Shown here in pieces: positions 37,929 through 50,499 of a stretch of DNA of 64,000 nt. Numbering within the stretch: the first letter of the stretch is position 1; every line of letters begins with the position of its first letter. The notes beneath the pieces are model-generated. The model was not told where the DNA came from, made no database searches, and was given only the letters and a program-made list of their open reading frames with translations. The translations under genes and the position numbers were made by a program. The stretch comes from Octopus vulgaris (lineage: Eukaryota): contig OX597829.1 in assembly GCA_951406725.2 (NCBI GenBank), forward strand, positions 3,596,001-3,660,000, in the 5' to 3' direction.

Positions 37929-39213
37929 ATGTGTCTGTGTTTGTCCCCCCCAACATCGCTTGAGGACCGATGCTGGTGTGTTTACGTCCCCGTAACTTAG
38001 CGGTTCGGCAAAAGAGACCGATAGAATAAGTACTACGCATTCAAAGAATAGGTCCTGGGGTCAATTTGCTCGACTAAAGGTGGTGCTCCAGCATGGTCGC
38101 AATCAAATGACTGAAACACGTAAAAGAGTAAAAGACATTTTACGAAGCATTTATAACAACTTTCCTTATATGTAGCTTCAGGCTAGAAATAAGAGCCGTG
38201 TGCTCATAAATTTGCATTATTTTTCATAGAAATATTGAAGGACACTTTGCAAAGCATTGAACTTTTCTCATATGTAGTCATTTTTCACGTTTGAAACAGC
38301 AGCCAAATGACTTGATTTTCGCAGTACTTTTCATATAAAAATTGAAGGACAATACAAAACGTTTATGAAAAATATTTTCCTACTGTGATCTCAAAGTCAT
38401 GCTAGAAATAACAGCCAAGTCCCTCAAATTTGCGTTGTTTTTTACATATAAAATTGAAGAAAACGTTACAAAACATTTCTATGAAAAAATATTTTCCTAC
38501 CGGTGGTCTCTAATCATGCTAGAAATAATTGCGGGCTGCTATCAGTTTGGCGTTATTTTTTGTATAAAATCGAACGAGGCTTTGAAACAATAATTTTACA
38601 ATAATGACCTATAGGTGGTCTTATAACGTGCATGAAAAGAGAGCCAAGCGCCCTGAAATTTGCTTTGGTTCTTCAATGTACCATTAACTTTCTAACAATC
38701 CCAGGTCAAAAAAAGGATACCATAATCCTATGATGGATGGCTTTCTGAGAAATGGTCCAACACAAACTGGTCCTTTCAGTGCTTGGCCTGTTTGTCTGTC
38801 TGTCTGTCTTCCCCTACCACTATCGTTGAACAAAAGCACCAACAAAAACCAACCATCAATCCAGAAATTGCAGAAATACGACAACTGATTTCTGATTTAA
38901 GCATAGAAATAAAGGACATTAAATCAAAAATCCGTATGGAACCACACAATGTGGGATCAAATCGGAATGACTTACTTAGAAACCTGACCTCAACTCTTAC
39001 CGAATGTAAGCGCATTGAGAAAGCTAGAGAATCTGCCGCATACCAGGTAATTGCCATTGGCATATCTGAAGAAATAACCGATCTTCAGGCATTTGCCGGC
39101 AAATCGTTCAAGGACTTGCAATGCATTCTTCCAAAAAATCTTCTCCGCTTTGGACGACCAGGCTCCAAACCCAGACTAATCAGATTGACATTCTCAAGCC
39201 CTAATGTGGCACG

Positions 39214-39681
39214 TACTTACTTACTTGCACTTGTGGCGACATTCACCCTGGGCGGGTTGAGTCGGCTTCTCCTACCACCCTCGAGGCATCTCGAACCATG
39301 GCAGTGGAAAAGGTTTCGTGGGGAATATGAATTTCACAAGCGGTTCCCAACAATCCCGCATGTAGAGACATCCTGTTTGCCGCAGATTGTCCGCAGACGC
39401 AGGGACAGAACGACCGAGGAGCTGCCAGTTGCCGAAACAGACACTCCGAGGATTTTCACCAGAGCCCCGTCTGCCGGGTTGTGGCACTAATACCACTCGG
39501 TGTCAGACCAATCCGCCTTGGATGGCCCTACCAGGAACCGAAGTTCCCGACGGCATAGCTCTGACACTACCCGTTGCTAGAGTCCTCACCACGGTGAGGA
39601 GGGGATGGACTTTGGGGACGTGCATCCCATTTAGCCTATGTAAAGGCCAGGAGTGAAAATCAACTTACCTTTCGAATACGT
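39214..39681 (-). mobile_element. Short non-coding retroposon inserted in the CR1 ORF1
   Basis: (GTAA)n tail on the minus strand; degenerate TSD cctaatgt(ggc)acgt / cctaatgtacgt. Confidence 0.55.
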
Positions 39682-40579
39682 CCTAATGTACGTTCAAAGT
39701 TACGCTGTGTAGCTTTCTGAATCGTGATTTAGTACCGAATGCGAGTTGTAGCCAACGCGATGATGGACAAATACAGAAATTCGTTAAGACTGGTGAGACG
39801 TAGAAAAGACCAGCTGATCTGTGGATTATGACCACACAATAGGCTGCAATGAAAAAGCTCCGGGGAAACTAAACAAGAACACTCCACCATCCTCTATATA
39901 TCACGATGATAGGCTTAAATCCTCATTCAAGTTACTGTCCTTAAATGCCCGAAGTTTATGAGTATGCAACAAAATCCACCTTCTTGACTTTTACATCAAA
40001 AGTATCGACCCCGATTTCACCATAGTCACAGAATCATGGGCATACTCTTCACTCTGTGATGGTGTTTTTAACATGGCTAGTTACAACATGTTTTGCAAAG
40101 ATCGCATTAATTGTAGAGGGGGTAGTGTGATGGTCTACATTCGGTCCAACTTTCAGCAATTTCTTGTGATGAATTGAACTAATTACAAGAAGTATTTTTA
40201 TGTGATATACGCATAAACATGTCAACACTGTTACTTGGAGTTGTCTATCGACCACCAAGTTACCGTCAAGACAGTTTTTTTAACGTCCTCAGAGCTGCAT
40301 CTAAGAAAACAATCACTTATGTTTTCATTGCTGGTGACTTCAACGACCCTGAGATTGATTGTAAAACTTTTTGTTGGCCCTCAAAGTGCAGATGATTTAT
40401 TTGATGTTGCGTTGAGTTCAAGCTGGCCCCAAGTAGGCACCTCCATTTTGGATCTGCTCTTTACTACTATTCTTGAAAAGGTTATCAGGTTCACAACTCT
40501 GATTATGCTATGATCATTGCCAATCTGTCTCTTATGGGTAGGAACAAGAACCACCACCACCACCACCACCACCACCACC

Positions 40580-40626
<47 letters not shown>

Positions 40627-41067
40627 ACTTCTCGTTTTGACTGGAACAAAGCTGAATGGAACTGTTACCGCGCTGAGTTACAACACTCAAACTGGTTTGA
40701 ATTTTACGATTCCGGAGATGTCCTGCTGCGCTTCAGAACATCCTCAATTAAATCTAATGCTACATATGAAACATCAGTGCCACACAAATTCTTCAAAACC
40801 CACCCAGACTGTAACTTATCCAAGAACGGAATTCCTTTTGTTTGGTGCGTGACACAGACACCAACTTGAAGAATGTTACGATGTTGAAATATGCAGATGA
40901 CATCAAAGGTGTAGCTTGAGATAAAAAGAACAGATCCTATACGCTATAGATCTTTCCTGCAATCAGACCTGGACACAATGTAACTAAAGCTAGTTGTGAA
41001 CAAGTGCCCCGTCACCAAGCATCTTCGGAGGAAAAGCCCAGCTTTTACATACTCTCTCAACAATACC

Positions 41068-41298
41068 TATTTCTTTACTACCCACAGGGGGCTAAACATA
41101 GTGAGGACAAACAAGGAGAGACAAACGGATTAAGTCGATTATATCGACCCCAGTGCGTAACTGGTACTTAATTTATCGACCCCGAAAGGATGAAAGGCAA
41201 AGTCGACCTCGGCGGAATTTGAACTCAGAATGTAACGGCAGACGAAATACGGCTACGCATTTCGCCCGGCGTGCTAACGTTTCTGCCAGCTCGCCGCC
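41068..41298 (-). mobile_element. tRNA-derived SINE with 15-bp TSD
   Basis: TSD tctctcaacaatacc at 41053-41067 and 41302-41316; near-identical to 20087-20315. Confidence 0.92.
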
Positions 41299-43208
41299 TT
41301 TTCTCTCAACAATACCAATCTTAAGAATTCTGTTGGTCAACGTGATCTAGGTATTATTGTCAACAGTAAGTAATGTGCGTTGGACGAACCATATCTCTAA
41401 AATTGTCAAGAAGGCTGCCGGTGTTTTAGCACCACTCAGGAAGACCTTTGCCAGCCGCTCTCAAGCAGTCCGTTCAAAGCTGTATAAGACTATGGTACGC
41501 CCACACTTAGAGTTTCTATCATTAGTCTGGAACCCCTATCTTGCTCAGCAAATCAATCTCTAGAAACTGTTCAGAAACTTGCAACAAGATGAATACCCGC
41601 AGTCAGGCATCTATCATATTCTGAACGTCTTTTTTTCCCGGGTACGGGTACATTGAAGCTCTGACATCTGGCAACTGACTTGGTAGACACCCACAAAATT
41701 GTCCACCATTTTTCCAAACAACAAACTTGGACACCTTTTGGAATTCCACATGTCTAACACCCGTGCACATGGTTACAAAATAAAAAAAAAACAACAAAAA
41801 AAAAAACAACACAACATCCATGACTTTCGGAAACATTTTTCAGTCAGAATTGCTGAAGAATGGAATAAACTACCTGCTTCAAGTTGTTAGCTGTCGGGAT
41901 ACTACATCCTTCAAAACTCCCATGCTTCCTGAAATTCGTCAACAGTACACCTGATGCCCCCTACTCTCGTTTTCCCCCTTCTTTAAGACTTATTCGCTGT
42001 TCACTTCTTGTGCATATTCTATTTCCGATGAGCTGAAGTACGCCTGAGCCCTATATACAATAAGTATATTATATTATATAAAAATTAGAGGACACTTTAT
42101 GAAGCATTTATAAAAGAAAGTCCTAAATATGGTCGTTTTTCGTACTAAACACAACAGCCAAATGCCCTCAAATTTGAGTCATTTCTTTAAATGAAAGAGG
42201 AAGGCCATTTTACGAAGCATTTATAAGAATTCTAAGACATGACTCATCATCAGACCCCAAGATAATTTTTTGTTAGGCTATTCAGAAAGTCATGGGGCTG
42301 TGGGTTGCTCATATATACCTTATGTGATCATCCTTCATACTAATCATGATCATTCTTCATACTAGAAACAACAGCCAAATACCCTTGGATGTTGTAATTA
42401 CAGGACACAGCACCCATTACTTGTCTCTAATCATCACTCACTCTCCCATACCCTTTTGCAGCGTCTCCTGTCCCTCCGTTCTTCTGTTCCGCCTGTTCTC
42501 TTGTCCCCTTGAACTCCTACCCACCTTGTATCTTGAGGATCTATTCTAGCACCCCACGAATCCTATTTCTGTCTCTTTCTAGCTCCGTCCTGATCACTTC
42601 CACCTTCTCTTCTATAATGTGAACAGTCATTTGTCCTTTCCACAAAAAGAAACCTGTTCTGTTCTGGTCCCTTCCTTTATACTTTAACCCTTCACCCTAT
42701 TGTTTAAAGCAACTTCCCTTTTCACTCTAGTCCCACGCAACCAAAGAAGATCTTGGTCTTGCATGCTGCATGGTGACCTTAAAATCACTCAGTACATGAT
42801 ATAAAGTTCTTAAAAAAGAACACCCAACCATAGAAGCTGTCAAAGCAGACATTGAAGTTCGATGCATAATTCGGACCATTTGGGTCTCGTGTAACCAAAC
42901 AACCCTAACCCTCAGTCTAACCTTACACACTCTCCTACAATGTGAGTAGCAGGGTACCTTTTCTGCTTTGTTCTGTACTCTAACTCCTTATGCTCTAACA
43001 TCTTTTAGCGTAGAGCCCCCGCCTCTGGTACTTGAATTCATGCAAGCTACATAGCAACTTCACTAGTGCTCGTGGTAGGTGTAGGAATGGTATCCCGTGG
43101 TAGAAACCGCGAGAAAGCAGACACTGGACCACAGTGGATCCTATCAGACCACCATCTAACCCATGCCAGTTTGTAATATGGACATCAAACTACGACAACG
43201 ACGATGAT

Positions 43209-43379
43209 GAAGAAGAAGAAGAAGAAGAAGAAGAAGAAGAAGAAGAAGAAGAAGAAGAAGAAGAAGAAGAAGAAGAAGAAGAAGAAGAAGAAGAAGAAGA
43301 AGAAGAAGAAGAAGAAGAAGAAGAAGAAGAAGAAGAAGAAGAAGAAGAAGAAGAAGAAGAAGAAGAAGAAGAAGAAGAA
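43209..43379 (+). repeat. Pure (GAA)n tract, ~170 bp
   Basis: Directly visible; extends the (GAC/GAT)n tail of a retroposon ending aacccatgccag...tggacatcaaac. Confidence 0.97.
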
Positions 43380-43559
43380 CCATCATAGCTATGGAATTGG
43401 AAAGTGGAAAGATTCTGTAAAATTTGTATATATACAACTAGTAAAGGACTAGAAAACTTGGAGGTGCAGACGCTTAGAGACAATACTGGTTCTTGTCCCT
43501 TTCGTTAACTCTTTCTGATGAACTGTAGTGTACACTGAACTCTGTATACAATAAGGTAC

Positions 43560-45600
43560 GGAAGTGCTGTCAGCCGAACAAATCCGAGATGTACGTAGGG
43601 CATTTGTACAATGCCCGAGCATTGTTGACAGGATTTATGTCGAAGACTTGTTGACGCACATGGGACAGATCCGTATATCAACTGAATTCATTGAGAAGAT
43701 CTCCTTGCTGCCTTCTTTTAATCGGGAAGGACACGTAGTTTTTATATGCCTGGTGGCCATGGCGAAAGCGGTTGTATGGTTGACGAGATTGAAAGGCTGA
43801 AGACAAATACTTACCTCTTTGGCCAATCGCTCATCAATTTGAAGAGGGAAATAAAGGTGAAGAGCGAAGCGTTACCTTCGAGCCATTTTGTTGTAAGGCG
43901 ACTGAACGGGTCTGCTCTGAGCATACGCTTGTAAATCGGAGATAAAGAACAGAGAAAAGGTACCCACCCCAGAAGTTAGGGCATCAGAGGTTTTAGGTTT
44001 TTTCCCCCCGTAAGCAGCCCTCGAATGTTTCCTCCTAATTGATTTTATTACTACTTTTTATTACTATTAAAAAAAAAAATGTTAAACCTGTTTACACACA
44101 AAACCCTTACACCAGCCGTCATGCACATACACACACACACATTCAATGTTTTATCCTGTTCCGATCTTAATATTTTTCTTAATGAAAGCCCTTTGTGGTT
44201 GATAAAGAAATCATCATCATCATTGCTGTTGTTGATAGTGGTAGGTATTTTCGGTTCATAACCCTGCTAAACACAGAATTTAAGATTTTGGTTAAGGAGT
44301 TAGCGAAAAAGTCGGGGCTTGTAGGTGGTCTTGTTGGGAAAGCCCAAACACGCGTGGTTCAGAACAGTTATATCTTCGACAATCTTCACCTTATACAATG
44401 CATCGTGGAGAGGGCTGGGACGAAAGCTGACTACAGTGGGACTGATTAGTCCAATCTAAAGCCGTCTTGAAAATCGGTCGGGCTTGGACCGATTTTCAGA
44501 GGTTAGACTGCTGCAAAGTACAGCGGCAACTGCTCAGTGGTGAGAGTAGATGGTCACCTATCGGAATCGTTTTGAATTGTACACTCAGTCCGTACGTTCT
44601 GGCACTCATGCCACTGCTGCAGAAGTTGGAACAGTTGAATGGCATCCCTTTTCAACTGGAACTCGCGAGAGCAGTGTCAGTGTTCGTAGACGTTGTAAAC
44701 GTCATGGTGTCGGACGGCTCCGAAGTGGTGACGGTCAGCACCATTCTGAAGGATACGACTCGGTTGGGGAGGGGTCAAGATTAACACCTAGTCGATAGGT
44801 TTGTAGCCGGGCACCTGGAGAAGAAAGTCGTTGGTTGCTAAACTGATGGACCAGTTAACCTGCTCGATGTCTGGTTCGGGCCTGACCTACAGATGAATAA
44901 GAACCTGGACGAGGTGACGAACAATGATGCTCGTTTCCTTGAATGAAAACCCCAAATTGCGTCTAGTACCAAGAATGTCTTCAAGTGCTTATAGTCAGTC
45001 GCGCAGTGGAATCAGTGGATGTCTCACTTTAGCAATCTTTAGAGAATTAGTGGCGGGAAAATCTAATGACGTTCTTGGAGAGACACTGGGCGTCGACAAA
45101 AACAAACTGGAGGACTTTTCTATCGAGAACTACCATGGAAAATTTCCAGAAGTTCTAAGCCTGATAGTGCTGCAAAGAGGCGTTACCGATTCGATGTAAA
45201 CTCTACAGACACGTCGGCTTGTCCGAGGTGTACCGCAGAGCGATAAAACCGTTATACACGCTCTCGTTCAGTATCCGAGGGATGTTGACCTGCTGCTGGA
45301 CGGATCCGTCTATCGGTCAAGTCCATAATGAGGATTGTCCTGCTGTCCTTCTTTAACTGGGCAGGTAGAGCAGATTTCCCTTTGTCTGGTAGCTATGGCA
45401 AGAGAGGTTGTCTGGTGGACGAGGCTGACTGGAAGGGAAACAGAGACAATCCCCTTTTGTAGAGCCCGTAGCGACTTTTCCAAATTTCACTTGAAATGGC
45501 AAGTGCAGGTGGTGAGCGGGGTACTGTACTCGAGTGAATTTACTGAAAGGGCAAGAGTGGCTGGCACCGCTCTAAGTATAGACCTGTGAGTTGGAGAACA
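43560..45600 (+). mobile_element. Two L1/Tx1 LINE 3' fragments (~43560-44000 and ~44240-45600)
   Basis: RFITLLNTEFKIL.K.LA, LSPYVLALMPLL, SVFVDVV (YADD region); the C-terminal CLVAMA..VVW.TRL motif appears in both fragments. Confidence 0.78.
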
Positions 45601-46279
45601 GAAATTGAAGGGAACACATATTCTTGATGTTCATTGAGGTCTTGAATGGTGGGATTCCTCGATCGGCCCTAGCAGTGCTCCTGTATCAAGAGGATCACAT
45701 AACTATCACCTTTATATATATTTTTTTACTGATGTATACTTTATACACTTATTTTCTTTTATTTATGCTGCATACCGTGTATACTTTTCACTCTTTATCA
45801 TTCCATCCTATGCAAAAACCCAACACTTCACGTTCGTTTCTGTATTGTCCCCTTTATCAGACGCCCTGGTGCAAAAGCACACCCCCATCAAAAAAAAAAA
45901 AAAAATCATTATTATTGCAGATAATCTTTATTTTTTTTTTTATAATGCGAGATTTTGAATCGCAGCAAAGGAAGGGAACTTGAATAGTTGTTAGTGAAAG
46001 GAAAGTGGGGCAATTTCAACTTTTCCACATCGATCATACATTTTATAGTAGCTCAAGTAGTTCTCTTGTTCGCTCTCTCTTTCACCATTATAGCAGTCGA
46101 TCAAAGTGCAGCTGCCCGACAAATAGAAACTAAATTAACGCATATCTGTTGAGCAACTGTCATTTCTCTCTTCTCTGTCTCCACCTCCTTTTCTCTATTT
46201 TACGTGGGTGTGTGTGTGTGTATAAATATATATATATATATATATAAATATATACTTTATTACACAACCCACGCCAAAT

Positions 46280-46336
46280 ATTTCATTCACTTCGTAAGCC
46301 CATAGCAAGCAAAGCCGGAAGTACATTATATATATG

Positions 46337-46370
<34 letters not shown>

Positions 46371-46701
46371 TATAGAAAGAAAGAGCGAGAGAGAGAGAAA
46401 GAGAAAGAGAGAGAGGGGGAAGAGAGAAGATAGATAGATAGATAGATAAAGAGAGAGAGAGAGAGAGAGATGCAGAAAGCATACCTGTAGCTTCAGTCAC
46501 ACCGTAAAAATTTATCAAAAAACCGGTTGTTGATGATATATGTATACATATATGTATACATATATATATATATATATATATACTTATAGATATATTACCT
46601 GTAGCTTCATTCACTCCGTAAGGTCATAGCCAAACCGGAAGTGGATTATATACAGCTTACCTGGAGCAACAAAAATGTTTTACTAAATCATATATATAAA
46701 G

Positions 46702-46755
<54 letters not shown>

Positions 46756-47005
46756 TATATATATATATATATATATATATTTGTATACATATATATAAAC
46801 ATACATATATATATATATTTTCATATATGCATACACATACTCATACGTATATACATACACACACTCACACAGTATAATTATATAGCTTACCTGTAGTAAC
46901 AGCACAAGTACATTTATTCACTCCGTAAGACCCATAGCAAAACCGGAAGTGGATGATATACAGCTTACCTGGAGTAACAAAAATGTCCTACTAAATCATA
47001 TACAT
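46280..47005. promoter_or_regulatory. Putative promoter with a repeated module: three ETS motifs (CCGGAAGT) and five minus-strand splice-donor matches
   Basis: CCGGAAGT at 46315, 46635 and 46943 inside a repeated ttcact(c/t)cgtaag..catagc..aa.ccggaagt unit, 150-900 bp upstream of the ATG at 47155. Confidence 0.55.
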
Positions 47006-47154
47006 TCAAGTGTATATATATATACATATATATACATACACACATATATATATACATATATATACTCATACATACGTATATATATCTGTATATATATATA
47101 TCGTGTACCCCACCCCCTTTTGTCCCAACCTTCTGAACCCTCCGGCGATCCAAA

Positions 47155-47334
47155 ATGACAGAGGTTGACAAAAAAGAAGCACTGGAAGCCCTTCCAGGGT
47201 CATTGGACGATAATACAGCAGCTTCTGGCGACAAAGAGACCCTCGTTCGAGTCAAGGAGTTGATGAAGGCGTTGTTGAGGGGCGAATCTACTTCAGTCAG
47301 CAACAAGGATGTCGTTGATGGAGTTTTACACCTG
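47155..47334 (+). CDS. First coding exon (60 aa) of a probable neurobeachin/LRBA-family BEACH protein; remaining exons not found in the window
   Basis: caaaATG start context, GC-richer non-repetitive sequence and a phase-0 donor CTG|GTGAGA. The ending VSNKDVVDGVLHL resembles NBEA/LRBA VSNRDIVETV(L/F)NL, where I recall an intron at the same position. Confidence 0.65.
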
Positions 47335-48594
47335 GTGAGACGAAGCTTTCCCATTATTTTGATGTACTTTTTGCTGGCTGCGTGCGTGTGTGTTATACTT
47401 GTGAGCTTTGGGTTGTCGGAGTTTATACATCCATGCATCTATTCACACACACACACAAACACACACACACACACACACATGTATACTATGCGTGTGTTGA
47501 GTATATGTATGTTTGTGTGTGTGCGAGTGCATATGTTTAGTGTACTGTGTTGAATGCATGCGTATATGTAATTATATATGTATATATACATCATATACGC
47601 ACACGAATGTTTGATAAGTGATATGGACGAAACTCTCGGCCTTTGGGACACTGCGTATGTTAGCCGATAGGAATATGACAATCTTTAGTTGTATACACAC
47701 ACACATACATATAGGCGTGGCTGTGTGGTTAATAAGCTTGCTTCTCAACCATGTGATTTTGGGTTCAGTCGCATTGTGTGGTACCTGGTGTAAGTGTCTT
47801 CTATTATGATCCCGACCGAAGACTTGTGAGTGGATTTGGTAGAAGGAAATTGAAGGAAACCCGTCGTGTATGTGTGTGTGTGAGTTGTATTTGTCTCCCA
47901 CCAAGGTTTGATTACCGGTGTTGGTTTGTTTATGATACCCGTAGCAAGTCGGCAAGAGACACCGATAAATTATGTCGATTTGTCCGACTAAAGTACTTCC
48001 ATTCCCCGTCATGACCGCATTCTAATGACCGAAACAAGTGAAACATGAAATACGCACATGCCTTGCACGGAACTCTTGCTTTTGGGTCACTTTGAAAGTT
48101 ATATACATAGGTAATGTGTTGAGTGTGTGTATGTATATATACACGCGCGCGCGCACGCACACACATATGTTTGATAAATGCCCTGTAAGAAGCTTTCGGC
48201 TCCTGTGTCACTTTGTAAGTTTCACTGATTAATAAAAATAATATGGCAATCTTTTAGTTTTAGGATTACATATGCACACGTATATGTACACACACACACA
48301 CACACTCTTTCTCTCTCTCTCACACACACACCTGTATGCGTACTCGTGCAGTGCATATATATATGTTTGATAAGTGATATACACGAAGCTTTTGGCCTCG
48401 ATGATCACTAATTTCTGCCAAATGATAAAAATTTGATATCTTTAGTTTCAAGTGTAAACACACACACACACACATATACACACGTGTATAGTGCATTAAA
48501 AATGTGTATGTGTATAGCTAGTCTGTATATTAGACACATACACACACACGTATATAAGCTGTTATATGCAGCAGAATGAGTATTAGATGAAAAT

Positions 48595-49156
48595 AGTCAT
48601 TTATATATCATACTAGAAATGAATATATTGTAATAGGTAAAATTTACTGTGGATTTTGCCTCCAGAGACATCTCTTATGAACACACTATGTTTAAAAACA
48701 CAATATGTGTATATCAAAGATGGAACTCATCCCGACAGTGGTGAATGAGGACATTAAATGTATTTCTGTCTCATTGAGCATTATCAATAATGTGTACTGA
48801 CAGCCAACATGCTTAGACAAAATCCATCATCATTGATATATATATATATGCTAGCTATGAATAAACGATTGCTGATGTTGCAAGTACTTGCCCAGCAGAA
48901 TAAAAAATCCATTATATGCAACAGAAATATTATTTTATTAAAATCACCATTTATGCATTATACTTATGTAAAGCGAAATTTGACTGCAGTATTCATCTGG
49001 AGATAATATTACCTATGGATATAGCCTGTTGAAATATGCATTATATATTGTGTTTTCAAAACAGCGCATCCACAGGAAGTATCTCTAGTCAAAACTGCAC
49101 AGTAAATTTTGCCAGTAGTGGTGTATTTACTTTCAGTATGATGTGTAAATGACCAT
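48595..49156. mobile_element. Old MITE with ~80-bp degenerate TIRs
   Basis: tagtcatttatatatcatact...aaaatttactgtg versus cacagtaaatttt...agtatgatgtgtaaatgacca. Confidence 0.65.
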
Positions 49157-49229
49157 ACACATACTTATGTCTCATAAGTGCCATGCATGTAATTCTCTTC
49201 CCTTGTTTTGCTTTTTAAGTTCCGTTGAT

Positions 49230-49450
49230 TAATAATCCTTTCTACGAAAGGCACAGGATCTGGAATTTGGTGGGAGAGGACTTGTTCATTATATTGACCC
49301 CAGTGTTTCACTGGTGCTCAATTTATCGATCCCAAAAGGATGAAAGGCAAAGTTGATCTTGGCTGAATTTGAACTCTGAACATAGTGACAGGTGAAATAC
49401 TGCTAAGCATTTTGTCCAGCGTGCTAACAATTCTGCCAGCTTGCTGTCTT
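49230..49450 (-). mobile_element. Diverged tRNA-derived SINE
   Basis: aaaggatgaaaggcaaagttga...aatttgaactc...gctaagcattt, as in 20087-20315. Confidence 0.8.
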
Positions 49451-49499
49451 CTGTTGATTAATGCTGATGTTTGGTGTCTGCATCTGTATATATATGTAT

Positions 49500-49830
49500 C
49501 ACCATCATCATTATCGTCGTTTAACGTCCACTTTCCATGCTAGTATGGGTTGGACGGTTTGACTGTGGCTGCCGAACCAGATGGCTGCACCAGGCTCCAG
49601 TCTTGATCTGGCAGAGTTTCTACAGCTGGATGCTCTTCCTAATGCCAACCACTCCGAGAGTGTAGTGGGTGCTTTTATGTGCCAGTCGGGCAGTACTGGC
49701 AACGACCTCGCTCGAATCTTTTTTACACGTGCCAACGGCACAGGTGCCAGTAAGGCGATGCTGGTAACGATCCTGCTTGAATGGTGCCTCCTACATGCCA
49801 CCGGCTCGGAAGCCAATTAGCCGCTCTGGC
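49500..49830 (-). mobile_element. Non-autonomous retroposon with a (GAT)n tail (other copies ~43020-43205 +, 54860-55160 -, 55840-56046 +, 59205-59420 -, 60350-60870 +, 62410-62605 +)
   Basis: Shared 3' end aggaagggcatccagctgtagaaac...ccaacccatgc.agcatggaa...gacgttaaa.gatgatgat. Confidence 0.75.
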
Positions 49831-50363
49831 ATATATATACACACACACAGGTGCAGGTATGGCTGTGAGGTAAGAAGCTTGTAGTTAAGTTCTAAGTTGA
49901 GTCCAACTGCATGGCACCTTGGACCAACCAAAGCCTTGTGAATGTAGACGGAAAGAATTTCATCTCGTATATTTATGTGTGTGTGTGTATTTGTTTGTTT
50001 GTCCCCTCCACCCCCACCCCACTGCTTGACAACCAGTGTTGGTGTGTTTATGGTCCCTATAACTTAGCAGTTCAGCAAGAGATCAATAAGGATTTGATTA
50101 AAAATTCATCATGGCCGCAGTCTAATGACTGAAACAAGCAAAAGGAAACATGTATGTATAAAATTTGAAGGGATAATTATAATCCATGCTATCACCTGAT
50201 TAGCATAATATTCAGTTAACTGAATAAACATCATTTCTTTTCTCCCACCTGTCAGTGGGATCGGCTATTTGAGTCTGATGAGTTGTCTGTACTGCTAAGT
50301 ACTTTATAGGTGCAAAGCCAATGGTCAAGTAGTTACTCTCTGACCAGTCATAACAAGCAACCC

Positions 50364-50404
<41 letters not shown>

Positions 50405-50499
50405 TACAGATATAGGGTGAAAGATAATTAATTTAATAAAATCAACAAATTTCACCTAGTAGTATTTCAGTATGGAAAAGGACCATATTTGGTAAAAAC

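Larger units (their letters stand above)
38690..42070 (+). mobile_element. CR1-clade LINE with ORF1 remnant, APE domain, largely deleted RT and 3' end; carries nested insertions
   Basis: ORF1-like LRFGRPGSKPRLIRLTF; APE motifs SLNARSL, VTESW, DR..RGGSVMVYI, VYRPP, GDFN, LDLLFT, SDY; RT tail KYADDIK, LQSDLD, RDLGI, LYKTMVRPHLEF..VWNP, WNKLP. Confidence 0.88.
32290..42385 (+). repeat. Degenerate ~110-bp satellite in five blocks (~32290-33310, 34425-35330, 37110-37790, 38135-38680, 42075-42385)
   Basis: Recurring gctagaaataacagccaagt..ctcaaatttgc.ttgtttttcatataaaattgaaggacacttt..gaagcatttataa..tatgtggtcattcttcat, with spacing mostly ~105-120 bp. Confidence 0.88.

Noticed and set aside
32290-38680. 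CRISPR-like array
   Set aside because: Whole monomers are homologous with no unique spacers and no cas genes; this is a eukaryotic satellite.
38783-39490. 235-aa ORF as a host gene
   Set aside because: It is a CR1 ORF1 remnant reading into an inserted retroposon.
46655-46665. cttacctgg as the 5' end of U1 snRNA
   Set aside because: The following sequence does not match U1; it is better read as a minus-strand splice donor.
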